Shown: piece by piece, positions 38,741-50,574 of the stretch
Position numbering within the stretch: position 1 is the stretch's first letter
How the letters are laid out: each line of letters opens with the position of its first letter
Notes under the pieces: generated by a model
Seen by the model: only the letters and a program-made list of their open reading frames with translations
The model's database searches: none
What the model was told of the DNA's origin: nothing
Made by a program: the position numbers and the translations under genes
NCBI RefSeq assembly: GCF_036321535.1
Contig: NC_087447.1
Location: 42,782,001 to 42,846,000, forward strand
Source: Camelus dromedarius
Taxonomy: Eukaryota
Length of the DNA stretch: 64,000 nt
Direction of reading: 5' to 3'

Positions 38741-40749
38741 TCTTATCCTCTATTGAGAACAACTGAAAAGCTTACTGATGATTATTTATAGTCATAATGA
38801 GTTACAGTGTATGACATCATTTCACATCCATAGTCTCATGTGCCCATTACGACAAACTTGTGATGTAGTTCGAATAATTTTGAGGAATTGAAACTGGCAG
38901 CTTAAAGGGAGTACATGGCTTTGCCCATGGTTGTGTCGTTAATAAGAGGTAGAATCAGAAACATATGGTGAGATGCAATGAGTTTTAACCCTTGGGAGCA
39001 TTGGAGCCCCATGAGGGGAGGGCCTTATCTGTGACCTTGGAGTGAGTGCACGCTGCCCTCTCTGTGATGAACCCAGGGGTGCCTGGGCTCCAGGGCAGCA
39101 TGGGAAGGCCTCCTTTTCTCCCCGAGTTGCTGGAGCACATTGGGCCTGGCCTGTGTCGGGGGACTGGGCGAGGAGCACTTGTAGTTCTGGGCCCCAGATC
39201 AGCAAAGCTCTGAAGACCAGGAGCTTTAAAGGAAAGGACCAGTCTCTTCTTTATTTTATCCTTCACCAGAGGAGAAAAACTAAACCTCAGTTAAAGCAGA
39301 CTCGGTAGTGAGAGAATTTCTTAACTTGTGGGGACTTCTCCATGTTCGAACTACTGAGGGAAGTTATAGACTCATCCTTTCTGAAAACATGGAAAGCATG
39401 CTGGAATCTAATGGACCAGAGGTCCTCAGCTTTTTTCTGCCTGCCTGTTGGAGATGTGTGCCCCGCCCTCCCGGCCCCGGTATGGGGCAGTGGCTTCATG
39501 GCTGGTGAATTCTCACCTTGAGAGTTGAGGAGGCACATCCCTAGGGGAGCATATATCAGAGTGTCTGGAGAGATGAGGCACATGTGTTTTGAAAAGGTTT
39601 CCTAAGAGATTCTGAGTCTCGTTAGGTACTGGCCATCTCTGGTTAGAATTCAAGCTGCATGAGGATGAGACTTTTTGTCTCTGGTTTATTCTTTTATCTA
39701 GCACCTAGGGCCTGGCACATCGCAGGTGCTCACTAAGTATTTATTGAGTGAATAAACACATGACAAGATTGTCCTCTATCAGAGGCGTCTTCTCCCGCCT
39801 CCAATTGAGAATAACTGAAACACAGAGTCCTTTGTGCAGCCCAGACGCTTGTTGGCTTACAAGGCGGGACTGATGACTTTTTGCATCCATGGTTCTGTGA
39901 AATAAACGAGGGACCTTTCTCCATTGTGAGTAGGTCGGGCTCTCCCCAGGCTCAGGCTTGGCATGTTGCCCTACCACTACCTACCCTAGGGAGAACTGAG
40001 GCTTACTCTTTTCACATCTCCTCGCTGAGCAGTCTCTTTGGTCATCGGCTTGGCTGGGCACCGAATTTCTCTCATCTATGCCCATGTACACGTGGGATGG
40101 CTCTTGTTTGACTTGCCCTTTTAAAAACAACTTAAGCATGTTGAGGTTTCCTGTTGATCGGGGGCAGCCAGAGGCTATGACCCAACAGGGAATTGTTGGC
40201 CAATCCCTGACTCACCCGAGCTGCAGTTTTCTGTGTATGATCAAGCGGTGACAGCAGCCTGGCTCAGGGGCAGCTGGCTGCTTTCCATGGGTGGCATGGT
40301 GCTCTGGAGCCTGCGAGGCTGGACCGCCTCGCTTTGAGGGCCATGGCATTAGGGTCAGGTAGACCTTGGTAGCATGCAGTGTTGGCAAAGCCCTCCTGTC
40401 TTTGAACTGGAACGGTTTGGGAAGAATTCTGAAAGTTGACAGTGATCTTCCCAGTAGATAACGAGAAAAGTGTACTGAGGAGGAAGTATGCTCGTGGTTC
40501 TCTTCAGTAAGCTCACCTTTCCCTCTCCCTGTCTTTCTTTCTTTGTCATTCACTTCCAGACAGTGGGTATGTGTCCCTCCACCTGGGAGAAATTGTAGTC
40601 TAGTAGGGAAGACGAAGAGGGAAGATGATACATAGAAATGTTCCTTTTGAGACAGGACTGTGCCCAGTGCTGTGGGGTTTCTGCTGAGCTGTGTCTGAGG
40701 CCTGGGCAGTTCACAAAGATGGCAGAAGCCACTGCTTCATCTTTAGAGC

Positions 40750-40930
40750 AGCAACATAGTGTAATGTCAGTTCCTGTCCTGCCTTCACCACGTACTAGCT
40801 GAGGACCTTGGATGAGATATTTAACCTTTGTATGCCTCAGTGTCTTTCATTTGTAAAATGAGGATAATAATAAATGATGACCTGACAGTTTTGTGAAGAT
40901 TAAATAAGTAAACATATGTAAAAACATTTA
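40750..40930 (+). mobile_element. MIR
   Basis: tactagctgaggaccttggatgagatatttaacc...cctcagt...tgtaaaatgaggataataat. Confidence 0.7.
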
Positions 40931-41096
40931 GTTAGAACTCTTCCTCTTATTTGCTAAGATCTGTGTGTGGATTTGGATCTAGGAAATGGCTGATGCTTGT
41001 TTGATGTGATGCACTGCTGGAGGCTGGAGCGGCTAAGGAATAGGTCTTCGCTCCCCACTAGCCTCCTCATTGAGAGAGTGGAAAGCACTCTTTCTT

Positions 41097-41227
41097 TTTC
41101 TTTTTCCCCCCAGGGAAAGGTAATTAGGTTTATTTATTCATTTTTTTTAGAGGAGGTCCTGGGGCTTGAACCCAGGACCTGGTGCATGCTAAGCATGCGT
41201 TCTACCACTTGAGCTATACCCTCCCCC
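41097..41227 (-). mobile_element. tRNA-derived SINE, Vic-1-like
   Basis: Same body. 18-bp TSD TGGAAAG(C/G)ACTCTTTCTT at 41079-41096 and 41228-41245. Confidence 0.88.
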
Positions 41228-41429
41228 TGGAAAGGACTCTTTCTTGAGGGGCCTCCTGATCCTTTTGAGACCCTCAGGGATCTGAATCTGATCAAGACCC
41301 AAGCTCAGGTGCAGTGTCTTCTGTCTGGTAGCAGAGCCTCCGGGGAGATGGGGCTAATCAAAAAGACAGATCGAAGGGCTCGAGTGCATATCTGGGGCTA
41401 CTGAGAAAGTGGCTTGCTGGAGATGCTTT

Positions 41430-41612
41430 GTAGCAGTGCGTAAGAATTGATCATTAGCATTTCTTCCCAACTCCATATCCAGTGAGGTCCCATAAGTAGC
41501 TTGAAATCAGCCGCAGTAGGAATATTTATAATGTGGAAATTGGAAAATGCTACAGATCTATGCTTTCTTCCCCAAAGAGTCGATTATTAGATATTTAGCA
41601 GCACACCACTGG
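41430..41612. mobile_element. hAT-Blackjack MER63-like DNA transposon
   Basis: agcatttcttcccaactcc...gtagcttgaaatcagcc...ggaaattgg...ttagcagcacaccactgg. Confidence 0.6.
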
Positions 41613-42283
41613 TCTTACTGTTCTCTAGTTGGCAGATGTAGACTCTTGGGATGCTCTGACCTGTCACAGAACTGGCTTCTGGTACAAACGGTACTCAGGA
41701 TCTCTGGGCATGAATTGGGCAGGGAGGCCTACTCGGTTAGCCTGCTATCAGTAAGGAGCTTTTTTTTTTTTTTTTTTTTTTAAGTCATACATATTGTATG
41801 TTGACACACTGAGAAGGGTGAGGGGCATTTTCAATAATACATTTTAGAAAACTGTTCATTATTTGGCTAATGTTTATCTGAGTATAAGATCTAGAAAACA
41901 AAACAAGGAAGCATTGAGCGCTGAATATTTTCACGCCCAGTATCCAGAAGGCCCCTTTTTTTTTTTCCCCTCCTGTTCATGGTTATTAAGAGAGCATTGT
42001 CCTTTCTGAAGATGCCAGTCCTGTGATGAGGCAGTTGAAGAGGTTGAAGCTTAGGGCGTATGAAATAGAGCTGGAAGGAAGCATGCTGCTGTTCCGTTGG
42101 AAGCAACAGGGAGTGTAGGCCTATAGAACACTTCTTCCTTGAGGACAGCTCTGAAAGGTACATGACTTGCATGCGGTACTTTTAGGAGAGGGATGCTGAG
42201 CTCTCTAAGAATTAAACACAGTGTTGTCAGGCCACTCACTGCCATTTTCTCTTCTCTTCTCTTCTTTTTTTTTTTTCTCCTAG

Positions 42284-43543
42284 GTCTCAGTCAGTCTCTC
42301 CCCCTCCAGTTCTCTCCCCACCAAGGAGTCCCATCTACCCGCTCAGTGATAGTGAAACGTCAGCTTGCAGGTACCCAAGCCGCACCAGCTCCCGGCTGCT
42401 CCTCAAGGACTGGCACCCCCGTGATCCTTCACCCCACAATCCTCAGGCCCCCTCCCCAGACACTTCACCACCCATCTGTCCCCTCAAGGCCACCAGCTTC
42501 GGTTATTTGGACGGAAGCCCTTCAGTGTGCAAGAGAGAGGACCAGAAGGAGAATGTCCAGGGGGCAGCCCAGGATGTAGGGGGAGTAGCTGCCTGCCCCC
42601 CCCTCGCCCAGAGCACTCCGTCCCTGGGGCCAGCAGTGGGCCCGCGGAGTGTCTTTCTGAGCCGCACTGGCCCCCGTGCCCACAGCCTGGGCATCCGGGA
42701 GAAGATTTCAGCATGGGAGGGTCGCCGAGAGGCTTCGCCCAGGATGAGCATGTGTGGAGAGAAACGGGACGGCTCTGGGGGCGAGTGGGCAGCCAGTGAG
42801 GGCTGCCCCAGCGTGGGCTGTCCCAGTGTGGTGCCGTCCCCCTGCAGCTCTGAGAAGACCTTCGACTTCAAGGGCCTCCGGAGGATGAGCAGGACCTTCT
42901 CCGAGTGTTCCTACCCTGAGACCGAGGAGGAAGGAGAGGCACTCCCCGTTCGGGACTCCTTCTACCGGCTGGAGAAACGGCCAGGCCGGAGTGAGCCCAG
43001 TGCCTTCCTCAGGGGGCCTAGCAGCAGGAAGGAGAGCTCAGCAGTGCTGAGTCGGATCCAGAAAATTGAACAGGCCCTGAAGGAGCAGCCAGGCCGGGGA
43101 CTCCCCCAGCTCCCTAGCAGCTGCTACAGTGTAGACCGAGGGAGAAAAAAGACTGGGATCTTGGGCACCTTGGAGGAACCGACAGGGAGCTCGAGTGTGA
43201 GCGCTGGCAGCCTGGCAGGAGGAGTGACCGGAGTTGGGGGGGAGGCGGGCCCACCCCCAGAGAGGGAAGGCAGTGGCTCCACTAAGCCAGGGACCCCTGG
43301 AAATAGTCCGAGCTCCCAGCTGCTGCCATCAAAGAGCTCCCCTGATCCCGCTGTGAACCCTGTCCCCAAACCCAAGCGCACCTTTGAATATGAGGCTGAC
43401 AAGAACCCCAAGAGTAAGCCAAGCAATGGTCTACCTCCTTCACCCACACCTGCTGCTCCACCCCCCCTGCCCTCCACCCCAGCCCCACCAGTCACCCGGA
43501 GACCCAAGAAGGACATGCGTGGTCACCGCAAGTCCCAGAGCAG
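42284..43543 (+). CDS. DENND2B: DENND2B 1260-nt proline-rich exon (SQSVSPPPVL...RGHRKSQS), symmetric phase 2-2; the region missing from p82
   Basis: Long pyrimidine tract plus tag ending at 42283; open frame includes ORF 42507..43547; donor AG|gtaatg. 420 codons. Confidence 0.97.
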
Positions 43544-46500
43544 GTAATGAATGCCCCTTCGGGGCCTTACAGCTGGGCACAGCAGCTTTGTTTTCGATGG
43601 AAGATGCTAAAGCAGACTGGAGTTGTGGGTCACAGTCAGTAGTGCCTTATAAGTTCTGGAGCACCAAATGATTGTTAGGTGAAACATGAGTCAGGCCAAA
43701 AAGAGATTGATGTTTCTTCTGCTCTTGCAGGATATGGATACTTAAACATGAGTGGGAGGGGGAAAACCTTTTTTCCGAGTGCTGTGTGCTGAAGATGTTG
43801 GCTGGATTTGGCCTTTGGAGTGGAGTCCTGTCGAGCTTCCTCTATGGGAAGGGTAGGGGCACCTTGTTTGTAGATAGAATAGGCAGTCCCTTGAGGACTA
43901 ATAAGATCTTAGCCTCATGACTACCTGAAGTGCCAACATTAGAAATTTATTCCTTAGAGTGAAGTATTATCTGAATACTGCCTGTTGTCATTGACTCAGT
44001 AGTGTTGATACATTGAACATGATTTTCTCTTTCCTGAGGGCTGCCTGACCATATAGGAACCTGGGCCTATAGGAAGAAGGGATCTTTGGATCCTGAAAAG
44101 GGATACTGATTGGAAAAAGGAGAGGAAGAACATATCACCTACTTCTTGGCCATGTCCAGGAAGGACCTGTTTTGAGACTCACATCGGTTTCCTGGTCAGT
44201 CCCAGGGTATCTCCACAATTAGAGTGAGTTGGCAGCTGGAGCAGCTGGAGCTGGTGCAAGTTGACAGGCATCTTGTTCTCTGAGTTGGAGTAGGCTAGGA
44301 GCCCGCTGTCTTTGCAGGCCTGTCCTCCTTCCCTCACTGCCTTTCACTTCTAACCCAGAGGCAGGTGGGCATTCAGGTTTGTTTGACTTCTGGGGATTCT
44401 TCAGTCTGACCCCATACTTCAGGCTTTCATCCAGCATATCCCATCTCATATAGAAACTTTCCTGCCATGTGCAGAGAGGAAGACATCACAAAGGTTCAGA
44501 CTCATGAGCCAGAAGAGCCCTTGGCTAAAGGTAATCCCATGTTTTGGCTTACCTCAGCATGCCCACTGACTCTTTAAGTCTATAACAGCCTGCCAGGAGT
44601 GTTTTCTTTGTCCTTATTCATCCATTTCTACAAATAACCTGTCTAGAGCCTGCTGTGTACCAAGCCTGGTGAGGGGGACGGAGCAAATGAGACGTGGCTC
44701 TTCCATTCAAGGAGTTGGTGATCTGGTGCAGGAGATTGATGCACAAATAAATCATAGCTGCTGTGCCATGTGCCCTGATCCCTGTCTAGGTGGGATGCTG
44801 CAGAGATCCAGAAAGAGACATCTAACTGGGGGGGTGAGGGAGGCCTCCTTGCAGAGGGAGTTGCTGAGCTAAATTCAGAAGAACAAAAAGCACTTAGCCA
44901 GGTGGAAGAAGGGGGGGGGGGGAGTACACCAGCCCGAAGGTTTTACACATGCTCACACTTTCGTCTATAATACACACACACGTATGCCGTACATGGTGGA
45001 GCCACTTCACATACGAATTAACAGCCAATTTAAATCTGTGCTCTTAGGAAAAAAAGGATAAACAGTTCAAAAAGTACAGGCTGTTTTATTTGCCTTTCCA
45101 CACAGTGAACATATTCCCCTGAGGAGCGTAAGATAGAGTTTGTGTCTGTTGTGCCATGTACGATTCCTATATTTAATGTACTTTTTTATTTAAAAACATA
45201 CAAACCAAATATTTCTTCTGGTACTCAACCAGAGAAAAAGAAATCTGTTTAAAAATCTAGGCGAGAAACTGACTACAAGTCATAACGAAAGACAGTGTGT
45301 TGGTCCTCGGCGTGGTACCTTTCTGAGGGATTTTCGAGGACAGTTTGGCTGAACGTGATCTGGGTCATGTTTGCCAACTTGAGGACTACCTGTGTAAGAT
45401 GTTGACTTCACTGTGTACGTCGGTGAAAGCTTGGTCTCAGACCAACAGCTGTCTGTGGCCAACATTCAAGAACAGCTGTGCTCAGCCATTGGGTTTTTAA
45501 CTGGTTGAGAAGTCTGAGCCAGAGACAGAGACCTGGGAGTCGTCATGCTAGAAATGGTAGACACTGTGATGGTCGTCAGCGTTGGGCCCCCAGAAAGTGC
45601 AGAGTGAGAGAAATAGTCCAGAAGACGGAACTCTGAGATCCTGGCATTTAAAAGGCAAGTGGGAAAGGAGCTCCCTCACAGGAGCCCGAGAAGCAGTTGG
45701 AAACTAGGAGGGACTGAGGGACTGTGTCGTAGAGGGAAGGGAGGAGAGGGCCAGTGTGAGGTGTCCAGCTGTGTCGAGGCTGCAGAGCAGCCAGGCAAGC
45801 TGAGAACAAGCCATGGCTTTTAGGACACTTTCAGTCCTTGACTTGCACCCCAGGGCCTTCAGGGGGTGTTGTTCACTAAACAAGAGAGAGAAGACTGCAT
45901 TGGCTGAAAGGTCTGATGGTACCCAAAAGAAGAGGGAAGTGTTAATGGGTGAGAGGAGGGATTCAGTCAGTGCCTTGCCTTCTCTCCCTCCCCAGGAGGG
46001 CCCTGCTTTGGAGAGGGAGAGGATGCGGCTGGGGCCAAGCCTTAGATGAGGGATAAACCTCCCTGATGAGGGAGAGGAGGAGAGAGGACTGTGGGCTCAG
46101 GGTGTCTGAGAAGCTAACCAGCTGTGGTTTTGAAATTCTTCAGTAGAGGGGAAGGTGACTGAGGGGATGGAAAGGAGTAGGTGACTGGCTGAAGGGAAGC
46201 TGGGTCTTGGAAGTAGCTTCTGCTGCAAATTGCCCTCCTGTTCCACCTCAGAGGTGTTGTGATTTGTTGTAAGGGCTCAGCCCCTTCCTGTTTCAGCAAA
46301 CCGCCCACCACTAGCTGCTTCCCCAACCCCCAAAAAGCCCTGGGCATCATCCGTCCAGTGTTGAGCCCTTAGTGGCTGCTTAGTGCCAGAGCCCTTGCTC
46401 GGATACAGACATGATGTGAGACTCTAAGGGCAGATTAGGCACTCAGTTCCTGTGGTAATGATAGATACTTCTCCAAAAAAATATTCTCCAGGGCTTGGAA

Positions 46501-46913
46501 GCTCAAGTCAAAGGCTCAGATCCTGGAGTCAGAAAGCATGGGTGAGCCCGCCTCTGTCACTTCCTCTCCCTGGGCCTCCAGCTCCTCGGTGGTAAAATGG
46601 CGCAATACCTAGCAGCAGCAGCATGAAGATTAGTGGATGACACAGGTAGAACATCCCACATAGCACCTGACACATAGCATCCTTTTCAGCTGTGATGGTT
46701 GTTACTGGTATTATTTGCAGGCACCCAGGCTGGGGCCTTTCAGACCATCTGTCTCTTCATTTGGATGGTCAGTTTGGATCCATCTTGACTCTCTACTCTG
46801 TAGCTGGTTTTGTGAAGAGGACCTCCAGTCTTTGATGTTGCCCATGGCGATTCCCTGACAGGGTAGCAGGGGTCTAGTTCAGCCCGAATGACTCATACTC
46901 TTGTTATCCACAG

Positions 46914-47050
46914 AAAATCCTTTGAGTTTGAGGATGCATCCAGTCTCCAGTCCCTGTACCCCTCTTCTCCCACTGAGAATGGTACTGAGAGCCAACCCAA
47001 GTTTGGATCCAAAAGCACTTTAGAAGAGAATGCCTATGAAGATATTGTGG
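46914..47050 (+). CDS. DENND2B: DENND2B coding exon (KSFEFEDASS...EENAYEDIV)
   Basis: cag acceptor 46911-46913, donor G|gtaagc; 137 nt; frame continuous with flanking exons. Confidence 0.96.
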
Positions 47051-47554
47051 GTAAGCAGTGGCAGAATGGCGGGCTGGTGATCATGGGTGCTGCAGAAAAC
47101 AGGAAGCGGAGGGACATTCCCAGGTCCCCCTTCAGACACAGCCCAGCTTCTGGAACTCCTCAAGGAAGTGGGCATCAGAGGAAGCAGCTCAGCAAAGACT
47201 GAGCAGCTGAGAGATCAAAGCCTGGCCTTGAGTGAACTGGAACCCAAAGGGCTTCTGGGACCACAAAATGGGGGAAACTACATCATCCCTTTCTTTTATT
47301 TTCAAAAGGCTTTGGAGTCGAAACGTGTCCTTCCCTTAGCTCTGTATCCTTAGGCAAATCACTTAACTTTTTTGCCTTTCACTTTTCTCTTATGAAATGA
47401 TGGTGATGATCTTATGATGGTAACAATAACAATAAGAATGTTAATTCACAGGATTATTGTTAGGATTAAATGAGATAAAATATGTATCAAAGTACCTAGC
47501 ACAAGGCCTGTTCCTTAATACGTATCTCTCCTGCTCTTCCCTGAAAGTGAGTGA

Positions 47555-48110
47555 TATCAAGAACCATGACAGGATCTGCGATTTCACTCTGCTTGAAGGC
47601 TAGCAGGTCTAGCCAGCCCCACTTCACAGGTGCTGGTGGAAGATGGAGACAAAGGACTTTATTGCTCATGGCACAGCAGGCAGCAGGAGCTTGATGCTCA
47701 CACGGGGTCCTCTTGCTCCCAAGTCCCTGGGGCAGTGTGGGGAGGTCCAGGTAGACATGGTGGGTCTGCATCCCAGCTGAGGAACTCCAAGCTTCAGAAA
47801 CCCCAAACTTTTCAAGGGGCTGCTAGCAAGCCTGCTCAACTTTGGCCCCAGAAGGAGACATTATCCTCATTATTCTGGTCAGGAAACGGACCTGCTCTGC
47901 CCTGGAGGGAGACACTTCTCTGTCTTCCAAGGCTGTGTGCTCTGTAAACATCTTTGAAAAGGTAGTCTGGAACCGTGCATTCCTCTTGCTCAGAAGGTCA
48001 GAAATGTAAACCACCATGGAGACTCGTCCTCCAGCAACTGGGAGGATGTTGTGTTGGCAAACTTGTGCTTGAGGGTCAAAGAAAAGACCACAGCCTAGGT
48101 GGGGCTGGGT
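47555..48110 (-). mobile_element. ERVL-type solo LTR (MER54/MER73/MER74-like); right boundary uncertain
   Basis: Terminus tatcaagaacc...; minus-strand AATAAA (ggactttattgctcatggcacagcaggcagc) typical of this LTR group. Confidence 0.55.
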
Positions 48111-49889
48111 TTATTTTTGGCTTTTAATTCTGGCCTGATTCTCTTCAGTGGGGGCTTCAGTTTTGTTCCCGTAAAGTGCTGGTCCCTTAAGAGAAGCTGT
48201 GTACTCGTGCACTTGACCATTCCTGCCCTCATCTCTGTCTCTGTCTTGGGCCTTGAGGCTAGAGAACTGCCTTAGTGAACGCATTAGGGAGAGGAGTGGC
48301 CCTGGGGGAGAACCCTCCAGATAAGACTGGGACCTTATCTGGGTCCTTTCTCCCTTCATTTGGTTTGAGCCATCAGTTTCCCAGTTTTCTCCTTACAACT
48401 TGGGGGACCAGCATTTTGGGGAGCCAGTAACAGTGCTTGGATCCGCACAGGCTTTCGCACTGCTTTCCCAGGATTGGAGTGTGTAGCCATCTGAAATTCT
48501 GTCGTATCAGGAAGACTGTGGGAATGAGATCCCCAGAACAAAAAGGGCTTGGGGAGGAAGGCCTCTTCCCTTACCCCTGGGAAAAAGCTTCGTGTGCACG
48601 GTCACCCAGAGTTGAAGTCAAGAGCTGTGGGGGTCAGGGGCTCAACCCCATCATCCTCTGCACCCCTGAGCAGGGTATGTACACTCCTAATTCCTCTAGT
48701 TTGAGAGCAGTTGTCACGTGTCATTGCTGCCCAGGGCCGTGGGGAACACCCAGTGTGGCTGATGTGGGGACAGAGGAGGCTCTGTTTTCAGCTCTCCCTC
48801 CTCAGGATGCCAGGCGCTGCCAGCACTGGGTCCTCACTGCTCTCTCGTCTCTGAGAAGCCTTCACAGCCCTTCTGTGCTGCCCAGGGGTTTCACGTCGGG
48901 GCGTGTTCTTGCCTCAGCTGAACTGACGTAAGAGACAAGGGTGCTTCAGCCATTGCTCCCTGTCCAGAGTCCCACGATTCCAGGGCTCTGGATGGGGATG
49001 TTTGGGGGCAGTGTCTGGTATGTGTGGGGGAGTGGTGAGAATTTTGGAGGCACTGTTCTGGGCCATAGAACCGTTCTCTGGACCTTCTTAGATCAAGTGA
49101 GAAGAGAAAGAGGGAGGCAAGTGTGTCTGGGCCTCAGTCTCCTCACTCAGTAGAGGGGCCTTTCTGCCACTTTGGGATATTGCATTAGGAGACAAGAAAA
49201 TAGAGGAGCAACCTGGATGCTTCTTGGATAGATGAGCTAGAAGCTAGAGGGTAAGGGCTGATATGAGGAGAGATTGCAACTGGGGCGTGTTCCTGAGCTG
49301 CTCACCTAGTGTCTGGATATTTGGAGCATTAGGTGGAGAGGAGGGGGAGGGGGTAGGAGGGGAGGGCACCTGGGTGTTTTGTTTTGCCCTTGTGGGGTGC
49401 GGGGTGGGTTTCAGTGTCTCTGGTTAGTTCCGTGCCCTGGGCACATTTTCCTCCTTTATATCCCATAGCAGCCCCATCTGAATTTCTAGACCTGACCAGG
49501 GAGGCTGGAGGGAAATACAAGGGGGAGTCTCTTCCTCTCAGATTCTGGTTGATTTATCCCTTTTTCCTTCCCTGGAGACAGGCCCAAGAGTTTGGGCCCC
49601 CCAGAGGCTTTTGTGGGGGTGGGGGGGCCCTTGTTGCTGAACTCTGAACGTCACTTTCACTTTTGTCTGGGATTGACCAGTGCCTCTGACTTCCCAGGAG
49701 CCTTCTCCCTCTTCTTGGCGTAGTCTGTGCTCTGAGAGATTGAGGTTGTTTCTGGGGCTGCTTGCATTATCCAGCTCTAGTTCTGCCTCACTTGCACAGG
49801 GACAGACAGAGCTTTGTTTGGGGTGTGTGATGGTGGGGCTGGGGGTGGGCGCAGAGAGCACCCACACTAAGTCTTTATCTTGGGGACCA

Positions 49890-50574
49890 GCCGATTGGAC
49901 TGGAGTTCCTGGTCTGTTACAGGTTGAGGGCCAGCTGGCGCAGAGACTCGTGTGTTAGCTCTGTGTGCCACGGACTTGAACGAGGGGCCCTGAGAGTGTG
50001 CTGCCCTCCTGCCCATACCAGGCATGACACCTTGGGAACGGGGGCGGGATACTCCAGAGCAGGCCGAGGTGTATCCTGCTAATGTGCGATAGGGTGGCTC
50101 AAAAACGGTTACTGCCATGCTGCGTCCTGGGGCTGTTAATTCTTGCCTGCCCCACTTGACATCTGCCTCTGGAAGATGCTGCTATGCTACAAAGCCTTAT
50201 AATCATTTGCATTCTGAGCCTGACACTTAAAAATGCACCCAAGGAAGCAGCTTGTTAGAGAGTTATGTGGAGTGGCCTCGGCGCCTGACCAAGGAGCCTG
50301 GGCCGCATTCCTGCAGAGATTCCCACTCCCATCAGCTTGCTCGGGCTGAGGGAGAGTTTCCAGGAACTTGAGCGGGGTGGGAGCTGGGGACAGAGCCAGT
50401 CAGCCTTACTGCAAAGCTTTCTGAGCCTCTGCTCTCTCTGCTTTCTTCTCTCACTCGTCCCCAGGCTGGGGGACAGTAGGGAACAGAGGCATCTAACCGC
50501 GTAGAGGCTGCCGCCCAGAGGTGCAGTCCAGGGGACGGCACCCGGGCAGTTGGAAATGGTGTCCGGGCTTGGAG
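49890..50574 (+). promoter_or_regulatory. Candidate intronic promoter and alternative first exon
   Basis: Local CpG enrichment, ATTGG at 49894, GC box GGGGCGGG at 50041, GCATTCC (TEAD-type) ~50305, GT box ~50374, ATG in strong Kozak context at 50556, phase-1 GT at 50575. Confidence 0.45.

Noticed and set aside
42484..43516. Antisense and alternative-frame ORFs over the large exon
   Set aside because: Expected shadows of a GC-rich coding exon; no independent support.
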